Positions 18,056-27,601 of a stretch of 64,000 bases of DNA are shown here, piece by piece. The number at the start of each line of letters is the position of its first letter. Position 1 is the first letter of the stretch. The notes under the pieces were generated by a model, which saw nothing but the letters and a program-made list of their open reading frames with translations, was not told the DNA's origin and ran no database searches. Location: IMG/VR virus record IMGVR_UViG_3300013093_000022, positions 62,514 to 126,513 of that record. The stretch is one strand, 5' to 3'. The stretch comes from a virus. Position numbers and translations under genes: made by a program.

Positions 18056-21000
18056 TCAGAGGTAGAACGCCAGGAACTCGCCCGAGTTGCCCGCCGAGTA
18101 GGGCTCGACCGAACTGTAGAGGCGTCCATGCCCCGACGAGAGTGGCTTCGAGGTCTGGGTGACTGAGGCGACGACCCGGCCCGTGCTTCGGAATGTCACA
18201 CCGGTGACCGTGGTCGGCGCGACGATGCCGACCAGAGACCCCCTGCCGTGGATTGAGGCGGGAATGAACTGGCGAACAAAAACACTGGGGGCCGAGAGCA
18301 TTCCATTCCCGGCGGGCAGCGCAGACACGGCGAACCGGATCAGTTCGGTCGCCGAGTCGCCGCCCGACCCGCGCAGGGGCACCGACACGAAGAACCTGGC
18401 CGTCGTGGCGGCGGTGAAAGCGCCCCGGCCGGTGAGGGCGGCGGGAGACTTGAAGACCGGAACCGTCTTGGCGGTGAGGGAACCGTGGCCGGTGGGGGAC
18501 GCCGTGGCGTACCGGCGGGGTATGGTGGCCGCCGTCAGCGAGCCTTTGCCTGACACTTTCTCGGTGTAGTCGATCAGGTCGACGGCGGTAAGCCTTCCCT
18601 GGCCGGTCAAAGCCTTTGAGATCGGCACGATCTGTTTGGTGGTCGCGGCCAGGGTGCCGTGGCCGGTGACCGCCTTCGAGATCGGGATGACGGCCCTGGT
18701 GGTCGCGGTGAGGGCACCGTGGCCGGTGACGGCCTTGTTGACGAAGAAGATGGGCACGAATACCCCGGTCAGGGCACCCGAGCCGTGGGTTTGAGCCGCC
18801 GAGTTGATCGAGTACATGCGGGCCGCCGCAGACACGGTGCCCCGGCCTGGCAGGGCGGCGGCGGAGGCGAGCCTGGGGTAGGCGGCCCCCGACACGGTGC
18901 CGCTGCCCGCGAGGGGGGACGACCGGCTGAACCTAGGCGTCGCCGCCGCCCCAAGGGTGCCCCGCCCAGTCAGCGACGCCGACAGCCTGGGGGTCGCCTT
19001 GGCGGTGAGGGTGCCGCTCCCCTGGAGCGTGGCGGGGGCACTGATCCTCGGGACGGTGGCGGTTGTGATCGTGCCCCGGCCCTTAAGTCCCGGGGTGCCG
19101 ACGCTGAACCTGGGGTAGGCGGTCCCCGCGAGTGCCCCGTTCCCAGTCGGGGAGCCACTGTCGGGGATCCTCGCGAAGTCGGACAGGGTCAGTGATCCGG
19201 ACCCGGTGAGGGCGGCGGTCCGGGAGAACCTTTGGTATTGGGAGGCCGACAGCGAGCCGCTCCCGGCCGTGGCGGCCGACCTGACGAATTGGGGGGTTGC
19301 CGGAGCCGACAGCGAGCCCCGACCGGCCGCTTGGCCCGTGAACGAGAAGCCGGTCGCCAGGGCGGTCGCCGACACCGACCCCTGGCCCCTGGCCGTGGGT
19401 GAGATCGGCGTGTATCCGAAAGGCTTCCCGGTCAGGGCGACCGCGATCGCCACCCAGTTCTGCGACGAGGCCAGGGTCGTGGAGAAGGTGGGGTTCTTCA
19501 GCCCCGACTCCTCCCCGACCAGGGTCGGGTAGGACACCCCGTTGACGTAGCCGTCCACGGCGATCTGCGACTCCGGGGCCGCGTAGGTTCCGAAAGACGA
19601 GGTGCTATTGCTGCCGAACGACTGCAGCACCAGGTCGCCGGTGCCCGCCGTGACCGACTGCGACGGGGTGGACGACGTGGCGGTGGCCGTCTGTGCCGAC
19701 CCGATCCCCACACTGCCGACGTAGGAGACCCCGTGGGCGGTCAGGATCGAGCCGTACCCGCCCCCACCGGAGGCGTTGATGACTATTTGGTTGGTGCCCG
19801 CAGACGGGTTGGTCAGCGAGTAGATGAAGGATTTGTGAGCCGACGCCGACACCGACCCGACCAGGTTCATCGCCGCGCCGTTGTAGGTCACGCCGGAGAC
19901 GTTCGCGCCCCCGTAGCAGTAGTCGTGGAGCACCACCATGAGCACGCCGCTCAGCGACGCCGCCGACGACACGGTGTGGTTCCAAGACATCGAGCCGGTG
20001 CCGCCGATGGACAGCGACTTGCTCGACACCGAGTCCCGGACCGGGGGAGCGGCACCGGCCAAAGAGCCCTGGCCGGTCAGCGACTTCGAGACGATGAACT
20101 TGGTCGAATTGGCGTTCGCCGAGAGGGAGCCGTGGCCGGACAGCGGGACCGATACGTTGAACTTTAGGGCGGCCGACAGTGTGCCGCGACCCGAAACCTG
20201 CGCCGTAAGCCCTGGGACGGCTTTACCGGTCAGCGAGCCGTTGCCGTGCGGCGACGACGGGGTCGGGATCCTAGGTGTCGTGAACCCGGTCAGCGACCCG
20301 GCACCGGTCAGTGGGGCGGTCGCGGCGATCCTCGGATAGGTGGCCGCCGTCAGGGTGCCGCTGCCGGTCAATGCGGCCGACCGGCTGAACCTCTGGGCGG
20401 TCAGGCACGTCAGCGAGCCGGAGCCCGACAGGAGGGCGAACCGGGCGAAACGCGGGGTAGCGGTCGCCGAGACGAGGCCGTGGCCGGACAGGGCCGACGA
20501 CGCGGAAAAACTGGGGGTGCAGGAACCGGCGAGGGTGCCGTGGCCGGATACCGAGGCCGCCGAACCGAAACTCTGGTAGGTGGCACCGGTCAGGCGGCCG
20601 TTCCCGGTCGGCGACCCGTTGTCGGGGATCTTGGCGTAGTCGGACAGCGACAGGGCCCCGTGGCCAGTCAGCGAGACCGAAACCGAGAGCCTCGGGTATC
20701 GGGTGGCGGACAGGGACCCGTTGCCCGTCAAGGCAACCGAAACGGGTATTCGGGCGTACTTGGCCGCCGACAGGAGGCCCTGGCCGCTTGTCGACGCCGA
20801 CCGGGAGAAAATCGCGTAGCAGGACCCCGACAGGGATCCGCTGCCCGAGAGGCCCGTCGGGCGGGAGTACCTGGCGTACGCGGCGGCCGCCAGCGTCCCA
20901 GACCCTACCGGTGAACCGGTGTCGGGAATCTTCGCGAAGTCGGAGACGGCCAGGGTGCCGTGGCCCGAGACCGGGGCCGTCTGGCTGAACACGGGCCTGG

Positions 21001-21214
21001 TCGAGGCCGACAACGATCCGTGGCCGGACAGTGAACCGGCCCGGTAGGTCGCCGTGGAGCCGGAGAGGGCACCGTTACCGGTTAGTGAGGCCGACGCCGA
21101 AGTCGAACCCGACGAGGGCGGGGTCCACAGGAACGAGGTCGGGCCGTTCATCCCGGCCAGGCCGACCAGGCCCCCCGACGCTACCGAGAGCGAGGGTTCG
21201 GTCGCCAAAGCCAC
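18056..21214 (-). CDS. long repeat fibre protein (GxGxL[ST]A repeats) with an inserted globular domain
   Basis: 1052 aa; dozens of ~19-aa degenerate repeats such as SLTGHGSLSA, interrupted by a ~200-aa beta domain. Confidence 0.8.
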   Translation of the reverse strand: MALATEPSLSVASGGLVGLAGMNGPTSFLWTPPSSGSTSASASLTGNGALSGSTATYRAGSLSGHGSLSASTRPVFSQTAPVSGHGTLAVSDFAKIPDTGSPVGSGTLAAAAYARYSRPTGLSGSGSLSGSCYAIFSRSASTSGQGLLSAAKYARIPVSVALTGNGSLSATRYPRLSVSVSLTGHGALSLSDYAKIPDNGSPTGNGRLTGATYQSFGSAASVSGHGTLAGSCTPSFSASSALSGHGLVSATATPRFARFALLSGSGSLTCLTAQRFSRSAALTGSGTLTAATYPRIAATAPLTGAGSLTGFTTPRIPTPSSPHGNGSLTGKAVPGLTAQVSGRGTLSAALKFNVSVPLSGHGSLSANANSTKFIVSKSLTGQGSLAGAAPPVRDSVSSKSLSIGGTGSMSWNHTVSSAASLSGVLMVVLHDYCYGGANVSGVTYNGAAMNLVGSVSASAHKSFIYSLTNPSAGTNQIVINASGGGGYGSILTAHGVSYVGSVGIGSAQTATATSSTPSQSVTAGTGDLVLQSFGSNSTSSFGTYAAPESQIAVDGYVNGVSYPTLVGEESGLKNPTFSTTLASSQNWVAIAVALTGKPFGYTPISPTARGQGSVSATALATGFSFTGQAAGRGSLSAPATPQFVRSAATAGSGSLSASQYQRFSRTAALTGSGSLTLSDFARIPDSGSPTGNGALAGTAYPRFSVGTPGLKGRGTITTATVPRISAPATLQGSGTLTAKATPRLSASLTGRGTLGAAATPRFSRSSPLAGSGTVSGAAYPRLASAAALPGRGTVSAAARMYSINSAAQTHGSGALTGVFVPIFFVNKAVTGHGALTATTRAVIPISKAVTGHGTLAATTKQIVPISKALTGQGRLTAVDLIDYTEKVSGKGSLTAATIPRRYATASPTGHGSLTAKTVPVFKSPAALTGRGAFTAATTARFFVSVPLRGSGGDSATELIRFAVSALPAGNGMLSAPSVFVRQFIPASIHGRGSLVGIVAPTTVTGVTFRSTGRVVASVTQTSKPLSSGHGRLYSSVEPYSAGNSGEFLAFYL

Positions 21215-21231
21215 GATCTACCCTCCCCCTG

Positions 21232-21240
21232 TCACCTATT
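21232..21240 (-). promoter_or_regulatory. AATAGGTGA late-promoter proximal element
   Basis: Perfect proximal element; distal element weak. Confidence 0.5.
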
Positions 21241-21824
21241 TAGGGGGTGACAGTGACCGTGTTCGACACCTCCGAGGTGGCGGTGTGGCCGTAGTGGTCG
21301 GTGGCGGTCACCGTGAACGAGACGTCGGCACCGGGGGTCAGGCCGGTGACCGTCAGGGTGACGTCGCCACCGGAAACGACCGGGGATCCCGACACCGTCA
21401 CGGCACCCGAAGGGTCGGACACGGTGTACGTCCACGGGGCGTTGGGCGACGACGGTTGCGGGAAGGTGAGGGTCGCCTCCGAACCCGCGATCGGGTTTGC
21501 GACCGGGGTCGCCGACCACGCCAGGGGCACGTCGGCGGTGAAGGTGGCGGCGAACTCGCTGGGCGTGTAGCAAGTAATCGTTTCGCCGTCCGACACGATC
21601 CAGTCGTGTTCGTAAGCGACCTGGGTTTCAAGCCGGGGCTGGACGAAGCTGATCTGCCAGATCGGTGCCTCGATGGTGCCCTGGCACAGGGCGTTGGTCT
21701 GGTAGCCCAGTTGTGCCCCGACGATCATGGCCGTCATGGCGTCGGCGGGGTGGTCGAAGTCCACCTGCCATGCGCTGAACGTCGGCGCGGCGGGAGGGGT
21801 GATGAGGGTGGGGTTGATGGTCAT
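21240..21824 (-). CDS. Fn3/Ig-like domain protein
   Basis: C-terminal TVTGLTPGADVSFTVTATD...SEVSN fibronectin type III signature. Confidence 0.75.
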   Translation of the reverse strand: MTINPTLITPPAAPTFSAWQVDFDHPADAMTAMIVGAQLGYQTNALCQGTIEAPIWQISFVQPRLETQVAYEHDWIVSDGETITCYTPSEFAATFTADVPLAWSATPVANPIAGSEATLTFPQPSSPNAPWTYTVSDPSGAVTVSGSPVVSGGDVTLTVTGLTPGADVSFTVTATDHYGHTATSEVSNTVTVTP

Positions 21825-21839
21825 GTGTCAGTCCTTAAA

Positions 21840-22571
21840 TTAGATCGCTGGTGCTAGAACGGTGGACATTGCTGTGTAAAACCTCGCGTAAGATGCGGTG
21901 CCGCTGATGGTTCCGGTGAAGGTCTTCGTGGTGCTTGCATCGGCAATGTTTGAGCCGACGTAATATACCCCCGCACCGTTCCAGCCGCTTAAGTTGAACC
22001 TTTGATCCCCCCCGGCAGGGGAGGTGATGCCGGAAGGCGAGTTGAAGCAACTGAACATGAATCCATTTACGACCATATTGTTGACAGGGCAGGAAATGGT
22101 GTTACTGAGGCTGATCGCCGCTGTTGTTGACGTAACCGGATTCACTGTGGTCGCCTGACTGGTGACATTCAAGTAGGACATTGAGGAAATACAGGTCCAG
22201 ACTGCGTTGCCGCCAAATGTGATGTAGAGGCTTACCGGGCCTCCGCTGACATTCGGCAATCCGTATCGGGAATACATCCCAGCGGTACTCAAGCCAGATT
22301 CTGTAAAGGTGACCGACGAGAGAAGCTGCATTGCGGTTCCCGACGACCCACCGTACTGGACGCTGGTTATTGGCACGCGGTCGGTCACAACATCTACAAT
22401 CAAATACGACCCCGCCGTGGCAACACTGTTGATTGAGTAAGTGGTGGCGTTGATATACTGCTGGTAGGTCGTCGGGTAGCCCGTCCCGCTCTGGTCGTAT
22501 TTGACAGCGATCCCCTCCGATGGCTGTGGGGCAATTGGCCTGATCGGGAACCGACGCAACAGGTGCGCCAT
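21840..22571 (-). CDS. low-GC fibre/appendage subunit
   Basis: 243 aa; N-term LLRRFP; beta-rich domain. Confidence 0.75.
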   Translation of the reverse strand: MAHLLRRFPIRPIAPQPSEGIAVKYDQSGTGYPTTYQQYINATTYSINSVATAGSYLIVDVVTDRVPITSVQYGGSSGTAMQLLSSVTFTESGLSTAGMYSRYGLPNVSGGPVSLYITFGGNAVWTCISSMSYLNVTSQATTVNPVTSTTAAISLSNTISCPVNNMVVNGFMFSCFNSPSGITSPAGGDQRFNLSGWNGAGVYYVGSNIADASTTKTFTGTISGTASYARFYTAMSTVLAPAI

Positions 22572-23251
22572 CAGAGCCTCGCCATCCCCACCGCACTCGA
22601 CATAGGCATTTGCATTTGACTCAATCCCTGCGGCGGCACGTCCACGTTGGTGTAGGTGTAAATCCAGGCCGCGCCGTTACCCCCTGACCCACCCGGACCG
22701 TAGTAAAAACTGCCGCTATTTCCCGCACTCCCAGGCGAACCACCACTACCAAATACCGCGCTAGCCGCAGTGCCCCCTAAATAGGTTTTAAAATCAAACG
22801 TGAAGTTTCCGGCAGGTTGCCCCTGAACAGCGTCGTATCCTGCGGTGACGTAACCTGCAACGCCGCCAGCCGCCGTTAAAGACCACGATCCAGATGAGGC
22901 GGAACTGTTACTCCCGGCGATGCCGGGATAGGCGTAACCAGCGTAAGGCAAGGGACCGCCAGCGCCACCCGCGCCGACAGTCACAGTGATTTTTGCGCCG
23001 ACCGGCACCGTCACACCAACTGCGAGGGTTTGGCCTTCCCACTTGCCAGCGCCACCGCCGCCGCAGTAGGTTCCACCACCGGAACCACCACCCCCGCCGC
23101 CGATCAACACCACGTCCACGAAGTTGACACCGGCAGGAATCGTGAAAGCAAACGTACCGGGCGTGTTGAGTTGGAGGGCGAGCTGTTTATAAATCGGGGT
23201 TGGTAAAAAAACTCGTGTCTGCGGGTATCCGCGACCAAGGCGAGATGCCAT
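22571..23251 (-). CDS. low-GC glycine-rich-domain fibre subunit
   Basis: FTIPAGVNFVDVVLIGGGGGG...TVTVGAGGAGG glycine-rich domain. Confidence 0.8.
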   Translation of the reverse strand: MASRLGRGYPQTRVFLPTPIYKQLALQLNTPGTFAFTIPAGVNFVDVVLIGGGGGGSGGGTYCGGGGAGKWEGQTLAVGVTVPVGAKITVTVGAGGAGGPLPYAGYAYPGIAGSNSSASSGSWSLTAAGGVAGYVTAGYDAVQGQPAGNFTFDFKTYLGGTAASAVFGSGGSPGSAGNSGSFYYGPGGSGGNGAAWIYTYTNVDVPPQGLSQMQMPMSSAVGMARL

Positions 23252-23252
23252 G

Positions 23253-23906
23253 TCAGATCAGCCCCCCACGAGTCATCATGGTAGTGGCTGTTATTTGGGA
23301 ATAATTTTCCGGCAGGGTCAGGATGTAGGGGTTGACGTAGGCGTAGAACCAGATTGCCCCCTGACCTCCAGCGCCGCCACCGTAAGCAAAAAAAGATGGC
23401 CCCCCGCCGCCACCCGGCACCGCGCCAGTTTGACCGAAACCCAAAGAAATTAGTGGACCGCCAATGTAGCTTCTCCCATTGTAGCTAATTCCCCCAGGTG
23501 ACGTAGAGGAAGCGGTCCCAGCATTCTGCGCTCCAGCCGCGACGAGGCCGGACCAGCCAGTAGAAGTCGCCGTGGTGTTGCCCCCCACCCCGAACCCGTA
23601 GACTCCACCACCCCCACCGGCACCGACTGAACCCGCAATGGTGGGACCGACCTGAGATACCTTGACTGTTGCCCACGCCCAGTTTCCTGGGTTACCTACG
23701 AAGCCGTAGCCCCCACCGGAGCCGCCACCTAAAGCGACCACGTCCACATACACTGCACCCACTGGAATTGTGTAGGTGTATGCACCTACTGCGGTGAATT
23801 GTGCCATCGCATTGTTGGAGTGGACAGTGCCGGGTGCAGACTGTTTGGCCCAACCCGTGTAAGGCTGGGTGGACTGCATTGGGAAGCCTCGACCGATGAC
23901 GGGCAT
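23253..23906 (-). CDS. low-GC glycine-rich-domain fibre subunit
   Basis: YTIPVGAVYVDVVALGGGSGGG; paralog of the 22571 ORF. Confidence 0.8.
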   Translation of the reverse strand: MPVIGRGFPMQSTQPYTGWAKQSAPGTVHSNNAMAQFTAVGAYTYTIPVGAVYVDVVALGGGSGGGYGFVGNPGNWAWATVKVSQVGPTIAGSVGAGGGGGVYGFGVGGNTTATSTGWSGLVAAGAQNAGTASSTSPGGISYNGRSYIGGPLISLGFGQTGAVPGGGGGPSFFAYGGGAGGQGAIWFYAYVNPYILTLPENYSQITATTMMTRGGLI

Positions 23907-24652
23907 CAGAACAACCTCCCCCTGGACATAGGGATTGTCACCGGAACCTGGGAAGGCTCCTTAAGGTACGGGGTCTGTATCAGCGGCACAGCGATAGAGC
24001 AATACCCGAGGCTGCCGCTCGACGTGGTCGCAAAGGTCGCGGGAGGAACGGCATCACCAATATACAGCGTAGAACATGCAAAACGTTCTGTTTTTGTGAG
24101 ATAACCCGTCACCGCTGTATCGCTGAGTGCGGCCCCCATCCACGCCTGGGAAATGAGCTGTCCACCCGACACTGTTGTTGAGATGGTTCCGGCAGTGTTC
24201 TGTCCTTGGAGGATGACAGGTATTCCGAATCGTCCGACGTTGTTATACGAAACTGAACCAACATAAACACCATTGGCGTTAATGTTACAGTTGGAAACAG
24301 AAACGGAAATCGTCTGAGTACCCTTGGGTGGATTGCTCAATCCGAAAACAAAACCATATCCCCAAAAATAATAGCTGGCGATAAACAGGTAGTAAGGACC
24401 AACCTGATAGGCGATTGGTGTCATGCTTAATCCCCCACAGGAAACATTCACCGTGGGCGCGGAGTTATAGACATCTACTTCCACATAAACCAACAAAGCA
24501 TTGCCAGCTATGGTGTGAGAAAAGGAGGGGTTTGCTGCCCCTGTCCCACCAGCGAAACCCGCACCAGCGGAGTCGAACGTGATCGGGGAAACCGCGCCGT
24601 CCGACAACGTCAAGGTAGAGGCGACGGGTAGGGTGCGACCAAGCCGTGCCAT
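23906..24652 (-). CDS. low-GC fibre/appendage subunit
   Basis: 248 aa; N-term MARLGRTLP, C-term QVPVTIPMSRGRLF. Confidence 0.78.
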   Translation of the reverse strand: MARLGRTLPVASTLTLSDGAVSPITFDSAGAGFAGGTGAANPSFSHTIAGNALLVYVEVDVYNSAPTVNVSCGGLSMTPIAYQVGPYYLFIASYYFWGYGFVFGLSNPPKGTQTISVSVSNCNINANGVYVGSVSYNNVGRFGIPVILQGQNTAGTISTTVSGGQLISQAWMGAALSDTAVTGYLTKTERFACSTLYIGDAVPPATFATTSSGSLGYCSIAVPLIQTPYLKEPSQVPVTIPMSRGRLF

Positions 24653-25380
24653 TACAGGTACGCTCCGCGACTCATCGTTACTGGAACCTGATTGTAAAGT
24701 TCCGGCAGTGCAGGGGGGAACGGTAGGGGGTTAAGTGGCAGAGAAAAGGAACTCCAAGCATTGGCGCTAGCGGTAGCCGAAATGTTTCCAGAGGTAGATG
24801 TTCCCAGTAGAACTTGCTGTGTTGACGCAATCGTTCCGCTGTAGCCGGAACTGTAAGAGGTCATTGCGTTGAAGATCAGCCCATTATTTTCCAACCCGGT
24901 CACGGTTTGGCTGATCGACGTTGTAGTACCGCTGGCGGTCTGTATTCTCCCCACCGAACCAACATTGCGGAACGATATCGCGTTCAAACCCAAGGCGCTG
25001 TTGTAGCCGGTATTTGCCGTGTTTGATATTGTCTGTAGTCCTTGCGGCGGGTTCCAGAGTAGGTATAAAAGAGCGCTCTGCGCCTGATTGACTACGTTAA
25101 CGTAGTTTAGAACGGCAGAAACGAATTTCATCGTCTGACCACCGACACTGATCGTACATGGGTTTCCTCCAATCGGACCCTGCGTATACAGAGTCACGAA
25201 AACGAGTAACAAGTTGCCGTAGATGTACTGTTGCTGTGTCGGGGCATTGCTAATCGCAATCGTGAACCCAGCATTGCAGCCTGGACCGACAACGTCCACC
25301 GTGACCGGGGAAAACGGGGCAATGCGGGGAGCAAGCTGATTATTCTTTGTTGAGGCGAGTTGGCTGTGAAACCTCCCCAC
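24652..25380 (-). CDS. low-GC fibre/appendage subunit
   Basis: 242 aa; GGAGGGGAGG RBS; paralog of the 23906 ORF (NPPxGxQTIS). Confidence 0.78.
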   Translation of the reverse strand: MGRFHSQLASTKNNQLAPRIAPFSPVTVDVVGPGCNAGFTIAISNAPTQQQYIYGNLLLVFVTLYTQGPIGGNPCTISVGGQTMKFVSAVLNYVNVVNQAQSALLYLLWNPPQGLQTISNTANTGYNSALGLNAISFRNVGSVGRIQTASGTTTSISQTVTGLENNGLIFNAMTSYSSGYSGTIASTQQVLLGTSTSGNISATASANAWSSFSLPLNPLPFPPALPELYNQVPVTMSRGAYL

Positions 25381-25403
25381 GACGACCTCCCCTCCGCGAA
25401 ATC

Positions 25404-25427
25404 AGTTCACCAGAACAACGGTGAACT
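25404..25427 (-). terminator. 8-bp hairpin, possible weak terminator/attenuator
   Basis: AGTTCACC-N8-GGTGAACT directly after the stop, at the GC boundary; poor U-tract. Confidence 0.35.
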
Positions 25428-25927
25428 CACTCCTCCCAGATGCAGTAGCACAGGACGGTCGTCGCCGCAGACGTCGAAGGGGTGGCCCGAATCCGAAGGC
25501 TGTACCCGGCGTTCGCCTCAACCTCTCTCCCGAGAGGGAACTGCTGCTTGAAGTAGGTGCTCAGGTCGTACGTCATCGCCAACAGCCGGGTCGCGGTGAT
25601 CGTGCCCTCCGCGCTCGCGTTGAACCCGGTCGCCGCCGTGCCGGTCGTGGCCTGAGACGCCGGGCCGGTCGTGTCGTTGTAGTTCGAGATCGTCCCGGCG
25701 GTGACCGTGGCGAACACGGTGCCGGTCTCGATCAACTCCATCTGGACTGGGCTGGTCGGGGCGGCCGCGAACATGTACCCCCACTCAACGACCCGGATCT
25801 TCTTCAGCGGGGCGATCTGGAGAATAGTTTTCACCGTCCCCGAAGAGGTCGAGGTAGCCGTCCCGGCCATAGGTGCCGTCAGGGCAGTCGTGGACGCATT
25901 CCACGAGATGAAGCAGGGTGCCGCCAT
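25427..25927 (-). CDS. hypothetical virion protein
   Basis: 166 aa, GAGGAG RBS, T/A-rich beta protein. Confidence 0.75.
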   Translation of the reverse strand: MAAPCFISWNASTTALTAPMAGTATSTSSGTVKTILQIAPLKKIRVVEWGYMFAAAPTSPVQMELIETGTVFATVTAGTISNYNDTTGPASQATTGTAATGFNASAEGTITATRLLAMTYDLSTYFKQQFPLGREVEANAGYSLRIRATPSTSAATTVLCYCIWEE

Positions 25928-25952
25928 TGTTACTCACTCCTCGTAATCGATG

Positions 25953-26672
25953 TCACGCTATCTCCAGGGGTACATCTTCCAGCCCGGCCTCCCGGGCCTG
26001 TTCCCACGTCTTCACGTCGGGGTCGATGGCCAAAGCGGCCTGCGAGTGGCCGTACCCGATCGGGACCTCGGTCAGGTGTCCGCACCCGATCCCCGAGTCG
26101 AGCCACACCTTGAACCCTTGCTGGCGTGCGGCGTGGCAGAACCACAGGTCGTGGCCGACCAGCGGCGGCTGGGCGTCCCACATCGGGATCCTCGGGTCCC
26201 AACCCTCGAACACCCGGCGGTGGATCGACGTCAAACCCATCGCCACCCCGTCGACCGGGTACAGGGCTGGGTTGTCGACCATTACCCTGGTCACCTCGGC
26301 CGTCAGGGGCGAGAACATCGGCGGCTTGACCTGCATCCAGGCCATCACGTGGTGGGGGGCGTCGTGCTTGAAGTAGGTGGTCCCGACGATGTCATAATCC
26401 GCACCGTCGGGGGCGTCTCCGTAGGTGGAGATCCGGTTAAGGGCGTCCAGCGGGGGAATCATGTCGTGCTCGTAGACGACCACCCGGTCCCAGTCGTCGC
26501 CGAAATGCTTGTACGTCAAATCGACCAGGGTCGCCATCGCCTGGGGCAGGTAGATGCCCTCGGTGGCGACGGTGCCGACCACGTGGTCCTTCTTCAACTG
26601 CAGCCACTGGAAGAACCAGTTCACCGACACCTGTCGGTACATGGGGAAGGCGACGACGAGCCGATCGGTCAC
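25953..26672 (-). CDS. glycosyltransferase (GT-A / family-2-like)
   Basis: Start likely GTG 26672; VVVYEHDMIPP (DxD-like), GLTSIHRRVFE, GHDLWFC, GFKVWLDSGIGCGH motifs. Confidence 0.8.
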   Translation of the reverse strand: MTDRLVVAFPMYRQVSVNWFFQWLQLKKDHVVGTVATEGIYLPQAMATLVDLTYKHFGDDWDRVVVYEHDMIPPLDALNRISTYGDAPDGADYDIVGTTYFKHDAPHHVMAWMQVKPPMFSPLTAEVTRVMVDNPALYPVDGVAMGLTSIHRRVFEGWDPRIPMWDAQPPLVGHDLWFCHAARQQGFKVWLDSGIGCGHLTEVPIGYGHSQAALAIDPDVKTWEQAREAGLEDVPLEIA

Positions 26673-27217
26673 GGGGCCACACCGAAGGAGAATGAGTTCA
26701 CGCCGGTAGAGTAGCACTGCGACTGGCCCGAACCGTTAACGACAACAACCTCGCCACTGTCGCCCGGATTGCCGCCCGGCGAGTCGATCGTGATCTCGGT
26801 GTCGGAGACAACTGTGTAATCGGGCGTTAAAGGCCCGCTATCGGTCCCCAGAACGATCAGAATCGTCCCGGTGAAGAACTGGCCGGTGACGGTGATCGTG
26901 TCGCCCCCAGAGGGGCTCAGGACGGTCGGGGAGATGCCGGTGATGACCGGGACCGCCGAGTACAGGTACTGGCCTTCCGGTGCCACAGGGGAAATCCCAG
27001 AGGGGCCGGTGACCGTGACGTCGACCTGTCCGACGGCATTCGCCGGGGCGACGGCGGAGATGTAGGTGTCCTCGACGACCTCCCAGCCCGTCGCCTGGAC
27101 CGAGCCGAAAGTCACGGCGGTCGCGTCGGTGAACCCCGAGCCCTCGATGCCGACGGTGTTGCCGCCGACCGTGGGACCCGAACCCGGCCAGACGCCTGTC
27201 ACGACAGGGCTGGTCAT
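26669..27217 (-). CDS. IPT/TIG (Ig-like) two-domain protein
   Basis: Start revised to ATG 27217; PVVTGVWPGSGPTVGGNTVGIEGSGFTDATAVTFG, repeated twice. Confidence 0.85.
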   Translation of the reverse strand: MTSPVVTGVWPGSGPTVGGNTVGIEGSGFTDATAVTFGSVQATGWEVVEDTYISAVAPANAVGQVDVTVTGPSGISPVAPEGQYLYSAVPVITGISPTVLSPSGGDTITVTGQFFTGTILIVLGTDSGPLTPDYTVVSDTEITIDSPGGNPGDSGEVVVVNGSGQSQCYSTGVNSFSFGVAP

Positions 27218-27221
27218 GCTC

Positions 27222-27569
27222 TTAGGTCTGGGTGAAGGTCGGGGTGACGACGATCTGGCCCTGTGCGCCCATGACGACCGAGGTGATGCTCGCATTGTCG
27301 GTCATGTTATTACCCGACGACGACGACGCGATCAGCATGTAGGTGTAGGTGGCTGCCGGAACGTTGATCGTGACTGCGGTACCCGACTGGACACCGGCGC
27401 TACCGGCCGACCAAGTGGTCTGGACCCGGGCGTAGGCCGGGGAACCGCCCGAGGCCTCACCGGTCGGAGTCGACGAGGTGCCGGGGCTCGCGGTCGCCAA
27501 ACCGATCCAGTTGCCGTAACCGGCGTACGCGGCTGCCAGCGAGGTCAACGTCGCGGTGCAGGTAACCAT
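27222..27569 (-). CDS. small structural/tail-fibre-associated protein
   Basis: Start ATG 27569 after TAGGAG; GLATASPG...EASGGSPAYARVQTTW motif common in actinophage structural genes. Confidence 0.75.
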   Translation of the reverse strand: MVTCTATLTSLAAAYAGYGNWIGLATASPGTSSTPTGEASGGSPAYARVQTTWSAGSAGVQSGTAVTINVPAATYTYMLIASSSSGNNMTDNASITSVVMGAQGQIVVTPTFTQT

Positions 27570-27601
27570 TGATGCTCCTAAAAGGGTGAGATTGAGGTTC
27601 C

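Noticed and set aside
18056-21214. CRISPR-like or DGR-like repeat array
   Set aside because: Repeats are degenerate, in frame and conserved at protein level; no identical repeat-spacer structure, reverse transcriptase or TR/VR pair seen
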